A stretch of DNA of 61,767 bases from a virus (Duplodnaviria; Caudoviricetes). This document shows, in pieces, positions 1 to 9,877 of this stretch. Location of the stretch: the IMG/VR virus record IMGVR_UViG_3300046532_001253, positions 1 to 61,767 of that record; one strand, 5' to 3'. Every line of letters begins with the position of its first letter. The stretch's first letter is position 1. Under the pieces are notes generated by a model. The model saw only the letters and a list, made by a program, of their open reading frames with translations. It searched no databases and was not told the DNA's origin. The position numbers and the translations under genes were made by a program.

Positions 1-1161
1 TGGAGCAAAAGGTCTAAATTTTTGTCTACGTTTAATTTCGTTTACTTGATCTTTTATATTAGTCCCTCGTGGATCTGCTAGTAAACTTCTATTGCCTAGT
101 GCTCTAGGGCCAAACTCTGCACGACCACTAGCAACACCTACAATCTTGTTTTCTAATAGCTCATCAATGATATCATTAACTGGATACTCACCGCTAATAT
201 TGTATCCTAAAAATGGGCCTTGCCAGTTTAACTTTTTACCATATGAAAGTGCCGCGGCACCTAAACTACTACCAGCATCCCCCGGGTTAGGCATAATCCA
301 AATATTATCAAAGCCATCAATTTTACTATTAGCAACACAGTTAAGAGCAACGCCTCCCATTAACACTAGATTTTTACTGTAGAAACTATGCCTTGCTCTA
401 TTACATAAACGAGTTACTAGGTGTTCGGTAATAGCTTGTACACTAGCCGCAATATCAATATCTAATGCACCTACTAGGTAATCTTCATCAATCCCAGCAT
501 GGCAGTTTTGTTTAAAAGTAAATTCTCTTGTATTCTGTATAAAGTCGTTATAAATTCTGTCAAAGTGTTTGTTCTCTCCCCAGGCCGCCATTCCCATAAA
601 GATATATTCTTCATCCATTGGTTTAAGTCCAACGTGTTTAGTCATTGCACTATAAAATAATCCTAAACTATGTGGATACTTCTGTCTCCAGATAAGTTTG
701 TATTGACTTCTGCCATCAAGTAGTGTTATAGCTCGCCAGATACTTGCTGTAGTAAATTCACCAATGGCATCAATAACAACTACGGTTGCTTGATCAAACG
801 GACTAGTTGAAAACCCTGCGGCGGCATGACTTAAATGGTGATCGTATTTTTTAACTGGAATCCTACAAGACAGTGGAATACCTTGTGCTTTTAAAATACT
901 CCAAGCATTTATTTTATTCCATTCAATTTTTTGTCCTGCATATGCTTGTCTAAGTTGTTTTTTAACTGGATTTTCGTAATACGCAACTTCCTTAACTTCA
1001 TCAAAATCAATTTCATGCAGTAACTCACGACATAAATCTTTATCGTTCTTATTTCTACTATAACGTTCACTATGACTAGCAAACTTAATGTTACCAACTT
1101 CGTCAACTAACGTTACCGCCGCATCATGAAATCCTGCACTCACACCTAGAATTGTTTTCAT
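1..1161 (-). CDS. Carbamoyltransferase, NodU/CmcH family (runs off the left edge; missing from the ORF track)
   Basis: Manual translation from ATG at 1161 gives MKTILGVSAGFHDAAVTLV...SHSERYSRNKND. The frame also contains HHLSHAAAGFSTS, EYILMGMAAWG, GRAEFGPRALGNRSLLADPR and IKRRQKFRPFAP, which are hallmark family motifs. Confidence 0.93.
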   Translation of the reverse strand, partial: MKTILGVSAGFHDAAVTLVDEVGNIKFASHSERYSRNKNDKDLCRELLHEIDFDEVKEVAYYENPVKKQLRQAYAGQKIEWNKINAWSILKAQGIPLSCRIPVKKYDHHLSHAAAGFSTSPFDQATVVVIDAIGEFTTASIWRAITLLDGRSQYKLIWRQKYPHSLGLFYSAMTKHVGLKPMDEEYIFMGMAAWGENKHFDRIYNDFIQNTREFTFKQNCHAGIDEDYLVGALDIDIAASVQAITEHLVTRLCNRARHSFYSKNLVLMGGVALNCVANSKIDGFDNIWIMPNPGDAGSSLGAAALSYGKKLNWQGPFLGYNISGEYPVNDIIDELLENKIVGVASGRAEFGPRALGNRSLLADPRGTNIKDQVNEIKRRQKFRPFAP

Positions 1162-1404
1162 TTAGCTTTGTCCTATCCAATTATAAACGCCGGCTAAGGC
1201 CGCAATAAGGTAACATAGTTCCATTAGGCATCTAGGTTTATCTCTATCTAAATAAGCAAAATATGCCCACGCTACACAAGTTACACTACTAAGTGCCCAT
1301 CCTATCCATTGTAGTGCTATTACTCCACTAGCAAGAAAAAACAAACAACTAATAGCTCCAATGAATGCAAGCCATTTAGCGGTTGTTAATGAAATTCGAA
1401 ACAT
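1162..1404 (-). CDS. Small membrane protein (~3 TM helices)
   Basis: 80 aa, three hydrophobic segments; its stop codon abuts the carbamoyltransferase ATG. Confidence 0.7.
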   Translation of the reverse strand: MFRISLTTAKWLAFIGAISCLFFLASGVIALQWIGWALSSVTCVAWAYFAYLDRDKPRCLMELCYLIAALAGVYNWIGQS

Positions 1405-2071
1405 GCTCTTTGATTACCTTTGCTATACGTGTGTGTCCAAATTCCAACGGATGTCCTCTAGGACCTTTAACACAATTTCCTTGCCACTCTAATATACCAT
1501 CTATAGGCCATCCAACGAACCGTTCAATATCAATTGCATTAAACTGATTTTTAAGAAACTCTCTATATTCATTGTAGTAACCTTGCAGGCCAGCAACATT
1601 ATACATAAAGTATTCTTGGTCTCTATTTTTTAAAAAGTCTTGTAGTGCTATTATTTGGTTAAACTGTTTGCGAAATCCCCAAGAGGTTTCATAACTGTAC
1701 TTATAGTACTCTTGAACCCACGCAGGTTCTTTTCTAGGTCGGTTAATTAGTCCAGGTTTATGTATTAAACAAGTAACAGGCTCAGTATGAGGTTTTAAAT
1801 TAGTGGGTACAAAATTAGGATTATTGTGTATTGCCTCAAATCGATTCTCAGCAGGCCACGACACTAATACCAGATCAAATTTCTGTCCGCTAATTAATGT
1901 TTCAATTACTTGCCTAAAGACGTAATCGGAACTTGCTCCCGACATGCCTAGGTTAACTACTTCGTTAAATTGTAAATCATTTTTTAATAAGTAAGGATAC
2001 GCACTAACTTTTCTGTCGTCAAGTTCTTCACCAAAAGTAAAGCTATCGCCAACTGTTAATAACCTACGCAT
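1376..2071 (-). CDS. SGNH/GDSL-like hydrolase or acyltransferase
   Basis: N-terminal VGDSFTFG (block I), NLGMSGAS (block II) and C-terminal GHPLEFGH (block V). Confidence 0.75.
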   Translation of the reverse strand: MRRLLTVGDSFTFGEELDDRKVSAYPYLLKNDLQFNEVVNLGMSGASSDYVFRQVIETLISGQKFDLVLVSWPAENRFEAIHNNPNFVPTNLKPHTEPVTCLIHKPGLINRPRKEPAWVQEYYKYSYETSWGFRKQFNQIIALQDFLKNRDQEYFMYNVAGLQGYYNEYREFLKNQFNAIDIERFVGWPIDGILEWQGNCVKGPRGHPLEFGHTRIAKVIKEHVSNFINNR

Positions 2072-2175
2072 TATTTGTATATAAACGGATCTCGTTTACG
2101 TAACTCTTTTAATTTTTTACGATATGAAATCTCAAGTTTTACTCTATTAATTATATTTTTAACCCATTGAATCAT
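2071..2175 (-). CDS. 34-aa basic micro-protein MIQWVKNIINRVKLEISYRKKLKELRKRDPFIYK (not in ORF track)
   Basis: AGGAG 7 nt upstream of the ATG; the TAA overlaps the next ATG (TAATG); fills the gap between two genes. Confidence 0.75.
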   Translation of the reverse strand: MIQWVKNIINRVKLEISYRKKLKELRKRDPFIYK

Positions 2176-3031
2176 TGAATTTCTCCTGGAGTAACTCTGC
2201 GGCGGCCGCGTGGGCCTCTTCGAGTGGATGCGTTGTTCCTACTTTATATTTATTTTCTACAGCCCATTGATAAAATCCTCTTGGATTGGATGTCTCGTGT
2301 TCGTTATCTCCCTTAGGGAACCACCACCACGCACCAAAGTCTATACTGTTATATAAACCTAGTATAGTATAATCAATCTTAATGTCGTGTTCACTAATAG
2401 CAGGTTCGTCAAAGCCATCCGGCATGTTGTTTTTTTTGCCATTAGTTCCAGCAGATATTGTCCAATTATCAAGTATACAATTATCTGCTCCTGTAAACAA
2501 GTAAGGAATATTATGTACTTTTAAATAGTTCTGTAACATGACTATTTCTTTGAGTGTATTATACATTTCCCAATATTCATCTATTGCAATATTTTTATAA
2601 AACATTTTTGCAAACTTCTCTACTCCAGTAACTCGGTCTAGTTCCTGTCGTTTAAGATGATATTCAAGAATACTGTCATCCGGATTGTGGAACGAACTTT
2701 GAATATCATCAGTGGTCTGCAGATTCCAGGCACTAAAGTCGCACCAAGGAGTCTTTTTATTCCTTGTATTGTATGCAAATCTAAATTCATAGCGAGACGG
2801 AAAAGTCCATTGCACTAAAACAAACTCCGGTTTAAATTCTTCACAACCAGCGATAGTAGTACGACTTATTGCTGTATTACTAGCACCTGGGTTTGCTATA
2901 CAAATATATTCTTTGCTACTTTTCTTGCTTAACAGAGCAGGATATGTAGTTTGACTATTATGTTTCCCGCCATAAGTATCTTTCAATTCACTACCGTAAA
3001 TGAAACTGCACCCATTTGCAAGAACTGTCAT
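2159..3031 (-). CDS. SGNH-like protein with Cys-Ser variant motif (ANGCSF)
   Basis: ANGCSFIYG, IANPGASN and THPLEEAH motifs. Start refined to ATG 3031, which makes an ATGA overlap with the upstream micro-ORF. Confidence 0.7.
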   Translation of the reverse strand: MTVLANGCSFIYGSELKDTYGGKHNSQTTYPALLSKKSSKEYICIANPGASNTAISRTTIAGCEEFKPEFVLVQWTFPSRYEFRFAYNTRNKKTPWCDFSAWNLQTTDDIQSSFHNPDDSILEYHLKRQELDRVTGVEKFAKMFYKNIAIDEYWEMYNTLKEIVMLQNYLKVHNIPYLFTGADNCILDNWTISAGTNGKKNNMPDGFDEPAISEHDIKIDYTILGLYNSIDFGAWWWFPKGDNEHETSNPRGFYQWAVENKYKVGTTHPLEEAHAAAAELLQEKFNDSMG

Positions 3032-3120
3032 GATACCGTGACCATCCAAGGTTCACCAAATACAATAAGGTGAATAGTGTTGACAACTATTGCCCCAACT
3101 AACAATTCCAAATAACCCAT
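3028..3120 (-). CDS. 30-aa hydrophobic micro-protein MGYLELLVGAIVVNTIHLIVFGEPWMVTVS (not in ORF track)
   Basis: AAGGA upstream of ATG 3120; its TGA overlaps the next gene's ATG (ATGA); one predicted TM helix. Confidence 0.55.
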   Translation of the reverse strand: MGYLELLVGAIVVNTIHLIVFGEPWMVTVS

Positions 3121-3124
3121 AATA

Positions 3125-4198
3125 TTATTCCTTACTACTGTGATCGTAACCAGCTTTTAATTTATCAATTTGTATTGCATAATAATCCTTATCATACCAA
3201 CAATAATCAAAATTGCATGCGGCTTCTCGTGTTTCAATTCTTATAATGTCTAAATGTTCGCCGATGATCTGCCAAACTGTTTCAGGGTGGTCTGTACCAA
3301 AACTACCTACTAAATCAACTTGTCCTACGGAATGATATCCGTAGTTGTATTGAGGATCAGTATGTTTAAATCCTTGACGTTCTAGCCAAATTGCATATTC
3401 ATCCATACGTTGTTTATGCCACGGGTAATCACCAGTATAGGTAATGTCACGTGACCATTCAATATCAAATTCGCCGCTATAGTATCGCAAGTGTGTAATC
3501 TCTTCGCACATTGCTTCTGTTAAGTCTGGAGCGCCTTCATCGACAAACACTTCGTATAATGTTTTTCCTACTTGAGTCCAGTGTTGGTAGACAGTACCAA
3601 AGGTACGATCATATCTTTCCTTATTGAATTCCCTTTTATGTTCGGTGGGGTATTCAAATCGAGGAGCGTTTAAAAACGTTGTGATCTGAGACGGTCGCAT
3701 CCACTGCGGCGCCTCGATTTGTTTCTTCTGGCTCAGCATTAATGATTCTGCTTCATGACATAAATTGTTTAACTGCCTAATAGCAAATTTAGTTTCGTAA
3801 TTTGCTTTCTTATACCAGTCACTCAATCCCCATGCACTACCTTGTAGTACTTCAAAATGATTATGCAACCTGTTCATAATATCTTGATTTGGGTTCATGC
3901 CATCTCTGAGTGTTTTTGGTGTAAATATTTCTCGTATCGTATACTCCTTATTAAAGAAATTATTAATGGTATCTTTAGCCCATTGTAGTTCTTTACATAT
4001 AAAGTCAATATCTCTAGTAGTGTCTGGAAAACCTAAGAACAAAAAATTCTTTTCTAAGTATGCGTTATTTAAGAGCAAGCCGTTTAACGCACCTAACCAG
4101 CTTTGTCCCATTGTAGTTTTCTCAACATCAATATGAAAGTCAACTGTTTTATTTTTTAAAACTGGATTTCTTAATACTACTTTAACTTCATGTGTCAT
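3125..4198 (-). CDS. Hypothetical protein in the radical SAM operon
   Basis: Long ORF; start refined to ATG 4198 (GGGAG RBS, ATGA overlap with the upstream stop). No recognised motif. Confidence 0.75.
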   Translation of the reverse strand: MTHEVKVVLRNPVLKNKTVDFHIDVEKTTMGQSWLGALNGLLLNNAYLEKNFLFLGFPDTTRDIDFICKELQWAKDTINNFFNKEYTIREIFTPKTLRDGMNPNQDIMNRLHNHFEVLQGSAWGLSDWYKKANYETKFAIRQLNNLCHEAESLMLSQKKQIEAPQWMRPSQITTFLNAPRFEYPTEHKREFNKERYDRTFGTVYQHWTQVGKTLYEVFVDEGAPDLTEAMCEEITHLRYYSGEFDIEWSRDITYTGDYPWHKQRMDEYAIWLERQGFKHTDPQYNYGYHSVGQVDLVGSFGTDHPETVWQIIGEHLDIIRIETREAACNFDYCWYDKDYYAIQIDKLKAGYDHSSKE

Positions 4199-5493
4199 AT
4201 CTTCTCCCACCAATCTAATACGTCAGGTCGAGTGGATAAGATGTCCTTCATCGTCAGCGACTGAGTTCTAATTTGTTCTAATTTTAAAATACGTTCTTTA
4301 CCTTTACGAAGCCCTGCTTCGTATTGGTCTGGCCATTGCTCAGCGAATGTAGGTCTATCCTTTAACTGTACCAGTACATCATTCATTGCTCCTGTGCTAG
4401 ACTTACTTAATTCGTCTAGCCACGGATGTAATAGTTCACGTGGTAATGCTAAAGGAGATAATATAATGTCAGGACTAAAACTAAAGACTACTTTAGCAAG
4501 TACACCAACACCTAATCTTTCTGCGAGTTCTTGGATCGGTTCGACTTCAAAGAGTCCCGGTAAGGTAAGAGTGAAGTCAATACGAACTTGGCGCGGGTGG
4601 TTGCTGATCTCAATTCCTTTATTGAAGTTTTCAAGCCACTTGTTAAAATCAAGACCTGTTCGAATATACTCTCCAATTCGTCCCGTTCCGTCGATGCTTG
4701 CACATATTTGCCAATCACGTAGCCTAGACAAAATGTCAGTATACAGATTAGTGCCACCATAATCAATGCGACTAAGATTAGTGTTGTATCTTGCGTAAAC
4801 ATTTGGACCATCTCCTAGTTCTATAATGCGTTTCATATACCTCCAATGCTGTTCATACATTAAAGGTTCTCCGCCGACCCAGTACACCTCTTCTACCCGA
4901 TGTTCCTCAACTGCGTCTGAAAATTCTTTTTCAATTTGTGTGGACTGAAAGTCCTCAATTTGTTTTTTAATAGCAGGTTTCATCCAATTGTTCTTTGGAT
5001 CATCCCAGTTAATCATATTATATTTTCTTTGCTCAGCTTCCCAGCTTGATGAAAGCATGTCGCCGCACATACGACATTTAAAGTTGCATAGGTTTGAGAA
5101 TCTGTAATCCCAACTTACAGGTTTTAACGAAGTAGTGCCGTTTGAATCAGTGTTATCCCATATTGACTCATATTTATGACCAAACAATTGATTAAAATAA
5201 CTTCTATATACATCAGTGTTTAATAACTTACTAGTACACACGTCACACTCACTAAGCTCTTCACCTGCCATCATCCGACGTCGAACACTTTTCATATGTT
5301 CGCTATTCCAGTGTTCATCTAATGTTATTGGCGTATATGTTCCTGTGCCAGATTTAGTATCAATATATTGCTCAAAATTTTGTGCAGGCTCACGACTAGC
5401 ACAACACAAACGTCTTTCAGTTTGTGGACTTAAATACGTATGAGTCCACGGTGCCATACACAAATTTTCAGGTTTTTTATCTGGTTTTATCAT
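4195..5493 (-). CDS. Radical SAM protein with N-terminal SPASM/twitch domain
   Basis: CNFKCRMC (CX3CX2C), GGEP, YNTN; N-terminal CMAPW...LCC...ECDVC. Confidence 0.92.
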   Translation of the reverse strand: MIKPDKKPENLCMAPWTHTYLSPQTERRLCCASREPAQNFEQYIDTKSGTGTYTPITLDEHWNSEHMKSVRRRMMAGEELSECDVCTSKLLNTDVYRSYFNQLFGHKYESIWDNTDSNGTTSLKPVSWDYRFSNLCNFKCRMCGDMLSSSWEAEQRKYNMINWDDPKNNWMKPAIKKQIEDFQSTQIEKEFSDAVEEHRVEEVYWVGGEPLMYEQHWRYMKRIIELGDGPNVYARYNTNLSRIDYGGTNLYTDILSRLRDWQICASIDGTGRIGEYIRTGLDFNKWLENFNKGIEISNHPRQVRIDFTLTLPGLFEVEPIQELAERLGVGVLAKVVFSFSPDIILSPLALPRELLHPWLDELSKSSTGAMNDVLVQLKDRPTFAEQWPDQYEAGLRKGKERILKLEQIRTQSLTMKDILSTRPDVLDWWEKI

Positions 5494-5494
5494 A

Positions 5495-6001
5495 TTAAAA
5501 ATTTACATATAAAGATTTTCGAATAACATTGTCGGGAACCTTACCTTTCATGCCGTGTTGTATTGTGTGCGAATTTAATAACATTAGTCCGGTATTTACT
5601 TCATAGTCAACTTCGTACTTGATATCATTTTCGTACCAGTAAGTACCCATTGATTCACTGTTACTTTCTTCTCCTAAGTATAACATAATAATATTACGAA
5701 CACTATCAGGATCATCATGATGCATTGCGTTTTCATACCCAGCATAATCAAACCATATTTCAACAGCTTGCACCTTTTGTTTGTCGATGTCGAGGCTAGA
5801 AAATCTACCTGCTATTTCATTGCGTACAATGTCACGATCAGGCTCTAACCACCACGACTCTCTGTAGCCTCCAAGATGCCATGCTTCAGTAATAGGGTTA
5901 AATTGTGTTGTATGATTAAACAACTTGTTTTTAACACCATTGGGGATATTGTGTTTTAACTTGTATCCGTTTGCGGATATTTGTTGTACTTCACGTATCA
6001 C
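5495..6001 (-). CDS. 2OG-Fe(II) oxygenase-like protein
   Basis: HxD (MHHDD), distal His (IQHG) and RxS (RKSL) in a ~170-aa beta-rich protein. Confidence 0.7.
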   Translation of the reverse strand: MIREVQQISANGYKLKHNIPNGVKNKLFNHTTQFNPITEAWHLGGYRESWWLEPDRDIVRNEIAGRFSSLDIDKQKVQAVEIWFDYAGYENAMHHDDPDSVRNIIMLYLGEESNSESMGTYWYENDIKYEVDYEVNTGLMLLNSHTIQHGMKGKVPDNVIRKSLYVNF

Positions 6002-7211
6002 TGTAACCCATTGCCTCTGCTATTTGTGTATGTGTTTCTAAGAAATTTTCCTTACGATATGCGTCGGTCTGTTTCATTAGTCTAACAAATCGACTGCCGT
6101 CACTAGTTGGACCGTTCTTAATAAACTGTATTAAGTTATCAATCTCAATTTTATCACGCGGAATAAATTCATCTTGTGATAATCTATCCAGTACTAATTT
6201 CTTTGCATCCGATGTCATTTCACCAATATTCTGATGTCGTGGATCATGTAACATATTAAAGTGATGATAATCAAAGTCTTGTGTATTCATCCAATCACAT
6301 AAATCCTTTAGGTAATAGACGTTCTGAATATTTACAGTTAAACAAATCTGCAATTTAATATTAGTATTACGGTTACGTAATTCTCTAAAGCGTTTTATGT
6401 TCTCACATACCTGATCCCATTTTGCACCATAACGTTCATATTCAAATCGATTACCAACGTTATCAATACTAAATGCAATCTCCACATACTTAAATTCTTT
6501 CCACAAATGTACAAATTCTTCAGGATACTTTGTGCCATTTGTATTATAATGTATTTCAATGTTCTTTGCAAAACCGCCATCAACGGCTTGTTGTAATAAT
6601 TGAAAATGTTCTTTGATCATAAACGGTTCGCCGCCGGTAAACTCAAAGTACTTAACGTTAGGGAGTAATTCAATCATATTCTCCCAAAATACTTCAGACT
6701 CACGAGGCCATTTACCATCCTTTAACCATTTATAAGCAATATGGTCTTTAGCATCTCTATTCTTATATTTGCGTATATAATCAATTTCTTCTCTGGCCCA
6801 TTTACTGCTAGACCAAGATCCACATATACGACATTTAAGATTACAAATGTTTCCAAGTTTTAAATCAATAAACCAAAGACTGTCAGGGTTAGTATCTGTA
6901 AAATCTAATAAAGGTCGTTCATGTTTAAAACGCACATCAGTGTTCATGCGTTTACTTGTGCGGCCAGCATCTTCTTCATCCCAACAACGACTACATGTTT
7001 TAGGCTTTAAGCCACTCAAAAATTGCTTGCGTAGATCAATCATGTATTCACTTTTATAGCTATCTTCTAATGTATGTTCTTTAAGTGTATACTTTGACCC
7101 GTCGGGTTTTGTAATCTCATCCATTGCTAAACAGCAAGGTCGAGTAGTGCCCATTGGTGTAGTTTCCATACTAACCCAAGGTAACATACAAATTGTGTTA
7201 GGCAGTGACAT
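5991..7211 (-). CDS. Radical SAM protein with N-terminal SPASM/twitch domain
   Basis: CNLKCRIC, TGGEP, YNTNG; N-terminal CMLPW...PCC...CSRC. Confidence 0.92.
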   Translation of the reverse strand: MSLPNTICMLPWVSMETTPMGTTRPCCLAMDEITKPDGSKYTLKEHTLEDSYKSEYMIDLRKQFLSGLKPKTCSRCWDEEDAGRTSKRMNTDVRFKHERPLLDFTDTNPDSLWFIDLKLGNICNLKCRICGSWSSSKWAREEIDYIRKYKNRDAKDHIAYKWLKDGKWPRESEVFWENMIELLPNVKYFEFTGGEPFMIKEHFQLLQQAVDGGFAKNIEIHYNTNGTKYPEEFVHLWKEFKYVEIAFSIDNVGNRFEYERYGAKWDQVCENIKRFRELRNRNTNIKLQICLTVNIQNVYYLKDLCDWMNTQDFDYHHFNMLHDPRHQNIGEMTSDAKKLVLDRLSQDEFIPRDKIEIDNLIQFIKNGPTSDGSRFVRLMKQTDAYRKENFLETHTQIAEAMGYSDT

Positions 7212-8535
7212 TTTTTAACTCCTGGAATTCAGGGAATGTTGCCCAGAAGTCTTCATTACGAATCTCATCTAACTTCGTTACTTCCTCTTTAAACCGCCCC
7301 CAGTTTTGTTTATGATTGTCCTGACTATTCATAAAATTAATAGCACTTTCAAATCCTGTTGTTGCTCTACGTAATTGATCCTGTGGATCTAACCATTCAA
7401 TGTGCTTACGATACGCCGGCTCAATTACATTACGTTTAAACTCTTCTGGGAAGATATCAATACGATACCAGTCTGGACTCTGACAGATGTTTACATTAAA
7501 ATCCTGTGGCTTAATAAACCCTTTATCAACCCAGTCTCTATGGAAGTCTAATACGTGTAGTACATTCTGACTTGTAACTGTAGCACTAACATAAAAATCA
7601 ACATGTGGTACTTCTGCCATCATGCGTACTCTGTTATCTTCAGTTTGTTTCCAATTTGCACCCTTACGTATTAGTTCTGCTTGCGGACCCATACCATCAA
7701 GACTAGCACCTACGTTTACTGTTTCAAACTTGTTCCAATAATCAAATACATGCTTTTTCTTATAACGCATTTCTGAGAAGTTAGTATTGTACACTAAACG
7801 TACATCAGTCTTACCTAAGTCAATTAACCGATCAAGTAAGTAGTAATGCTCTTTCATGATTAGAGGTTCGCCACCAGCAAAGTACACTTGTTCTAAATGC
7901 GGAATATGCTCTTCCATCTGAGCTAACATTCCATCTTCGTCGCCTGTGGTGTACTCTACTCGTGCCATGTCTCTTTTCAACACATCAGGCACCTTTCCGT
8001 ATAGTTTTACGTGGTCGTTGAACCAATTACTGCTAAAAATCGGGCCACAACTACGGCATCTAAAGTTACATAGGTTACTGAAGCGTATATCCCAATATCG
8101 GAGTTTAAACTCAGGATGTTCGCCATCTTCGTGCGTTTGATCTACTTCAGGGATTAAATGCCCGTAGTTACGATTGGCATCATTACGCATTGAAAAGAAG
8201 CCATTTTGCTCTTGCTCGTAGCACTTAGTACATTCTTTACAAGGTTTATCTTCAAGCATATTTTTACGCATAGTTTTATACGCATCCTGATTCCAAACCT
8301 CTGTCATTGTGTTTTTACGAAGATCGCCAATTGGATGCCAGTAGTCGCCTAAACAACACGGATAAACCCTACCATCTGGAAATGCATGCATATGCACCCA
8401 CGGCATCATACAAAAGTTATCTTCTTTGACCAACCTATCATATTGCTGTTTAGTTAATTCTTCTGGTTTAACAAAATGTGGAGTTCTTTCGTTATAGTCA
8501 TATTTTTCATAAAAGTCTTTTTTACTTGAGTCCAT
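7198..8535 (-). CDS. Radical SAM protein with N-terminal SPASM/twitch domain
   Basis: CNFRCRSC, AGGEP; N-terminal CMMPW...GRVYPCC...CKECTKC. Confidence 0.93.
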   Translation of the reverse strand: MDSSKKDFYEKYDYNERTPHFVKPEELTKQQYDRLVKEDNFCMMPWVHMHAFPDGRVYPCCLGDYWHPIGDLRKNTMTEVWNQDAYKTMRKNMLEDKPCKECTKCYEQEQNGFFSMRNDANRNYGHLIPEVDQTHEDGEHPEFKLRYWDIRFSNLCNFRCRSCGPIFSSNWFNDHVKLYGKVPDVLKRDMARVEYTTGDEDGMLAQMEEHIPHLEQVYFAGGEPLIMKEHYYLLDRLIDLGKTDVRLVYNTNFSEMRYKKKHVFDYWNKFETVNVGASLDGMGPQAELIRKGANWKQTEDNRVRMMAEVPHVDFYVSATVTSQNVLHVLDFHRDWVDKGFIKPQDFNVNICQSPDWYRIDIFPEEFKRNVIEPAYRKHIEWLDPQDQLRRATTGFESAINFMNSQDNHKQNWGRFKEEVTKLDEIRNEDFWATFPEFQELKNVTA

Positions 8536-9877
8536 TATACCACTCCGCTAATTGGGGAAATGTAGAAGCAAAATCTTTGTGTCTACGGTTGTCGTATTGT
8601 GCATAAAACTGTTTAAAATCATTATGCAGTTTTGGCATTTCGAATGAATCGCTATGTGGAGTTTTTACAACATCTAAGTAATCTATTAGACGTTGCACAT
8701 GATTACGTTCATGTTCGTGTAGCACTTTGCTATTCTTATGACGTTCAATCCAATCCTGCAATCTATTCTTGTGTTTCGTTCGAATCTCATCGGGCAATAC
8801 TAATGCACTTTGGAAACTTGGAAATCGTAAAATGTTTAATGTAAAATTAGGATAGTCTCTACCGTATTGGTTCTTGTAACCAACCATAAGATCTAGAAAT
8901 TCCGGAAGGCTTTCTAAACACAATGCATTAATAGTACACATGCAATGTAATCCACGTAGCTTACCGCCACGCATCAACAATTCCATATTTGATGTCCACT
9001 GGTTCCAGTCTAATCCGTCACGTATGTATTCTGCATGCGGCTCAAGGCTTTCGTTGCTAGTATACAGGTCTAACTCAACGTGTTCGCTTGCTTCTAATAG
9101 CCGTTCTACTTTATCGTTATCAAATCCTAAATTACTATTAATTGCTAAACGTGTCTTAGACTTTCCTTTGTTTATTTTAAACCAATCTAATAGATCCCAG
9201 GTATGTCCGCTCATTAATGGCTCGCCGCCTGTAATACGTAGCTCTTGAAGTGTTTCGTGTAAGTCACTTTCCCACCATTTAAAAAATGCATCTACGTATG
9301 GATTTGATTCGTTATACTTAAACAAACTGGCTTCTTTATGTTCGTGCGTAAAGTGATTGCGACCGTCGCTAACTAGATCCGTATAAGCACCGTTCTTCTT
9401 AATATCTTTAGCCCATGTTGTTGAAAACGCTGGGTTACAATAACTACATGCAAACTGACAAGTTCTATCAAATGCAATTTCAAGTGTACGCAAATTAACA
9501 TCGGCATCAGGAGGAGTATCGTATGCATTTTGTAATTCTTTATCTGAATAGATAACGCTCTTATAAACTCTATCGCTAATGTTGTCCCTGCCAATGTCTT
9601 CAATCTTCCAGCAATACTCACAGCCCTTAGGTCGTACACCGTCGAGCATATCAGCACGGTCTTGTTTTTTCTGTGAACTATTATGCAATGCTTTAGGATT
9701 AAACTTAACTTCTTCAGCGTCTATTTTATGTGCTGGTGGATGATGACAACTTGTAGTCATCCCCGATCCAAGCCATATAGTAGCATTATACCATTTAGCT
9801 CCACAGAAGCTATCACTTTTAGGATCAAGCACTCTTCTTCTAAACGCCAAATCAGTTTCATTTATTAATTTAGGCAA
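8522..9877 (-). CDS. Radical SAM protein with His-substituted twitch domain
   Basis: CQFACSYC, TGGEP; N-terminal CGAKW...SCHHP...CEYCW. Confidence 0.92.
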   Translation of the reverse strand: MPKLINETDLAFRRRVLDPKSDSFCGAKWYNATIWLGSGMTTSCHHPPAHKIDAEEVKFNPKALHNSSQKKQDRADMLDGVRPKGCEYCWKIEDIGRDNISDRVYKSVIYSDKELQNAYDTPPDADVNLRTLEIAFDRTCQFACSYCNPAFSTTWAKDIKKNGAYTDLVSDGRNHFTHEHKEASLFKYNESNPYVDAFFKWWESDLHETLQELRITGGEPLMSGHTWDLLDWFKINKGKSKTRLAINSNLGFDNDKVERLLEASEHVELDLYTSNESLEPHAEYIRDGLDWNQWTSNMELLMRGGKLRGLHCMCTINALCLESLPEFLDLMVGYKNQYGRDYPNFTLNILRFPSFQSALVLPDEIRTKHKNRLQDWIERHKNSKVLHEHERNHVQRLIDYLDVVKTPHSDSFEMPKLHNDFKQFYAQYDNRRHKDFASTFPQLAEWYNGLK

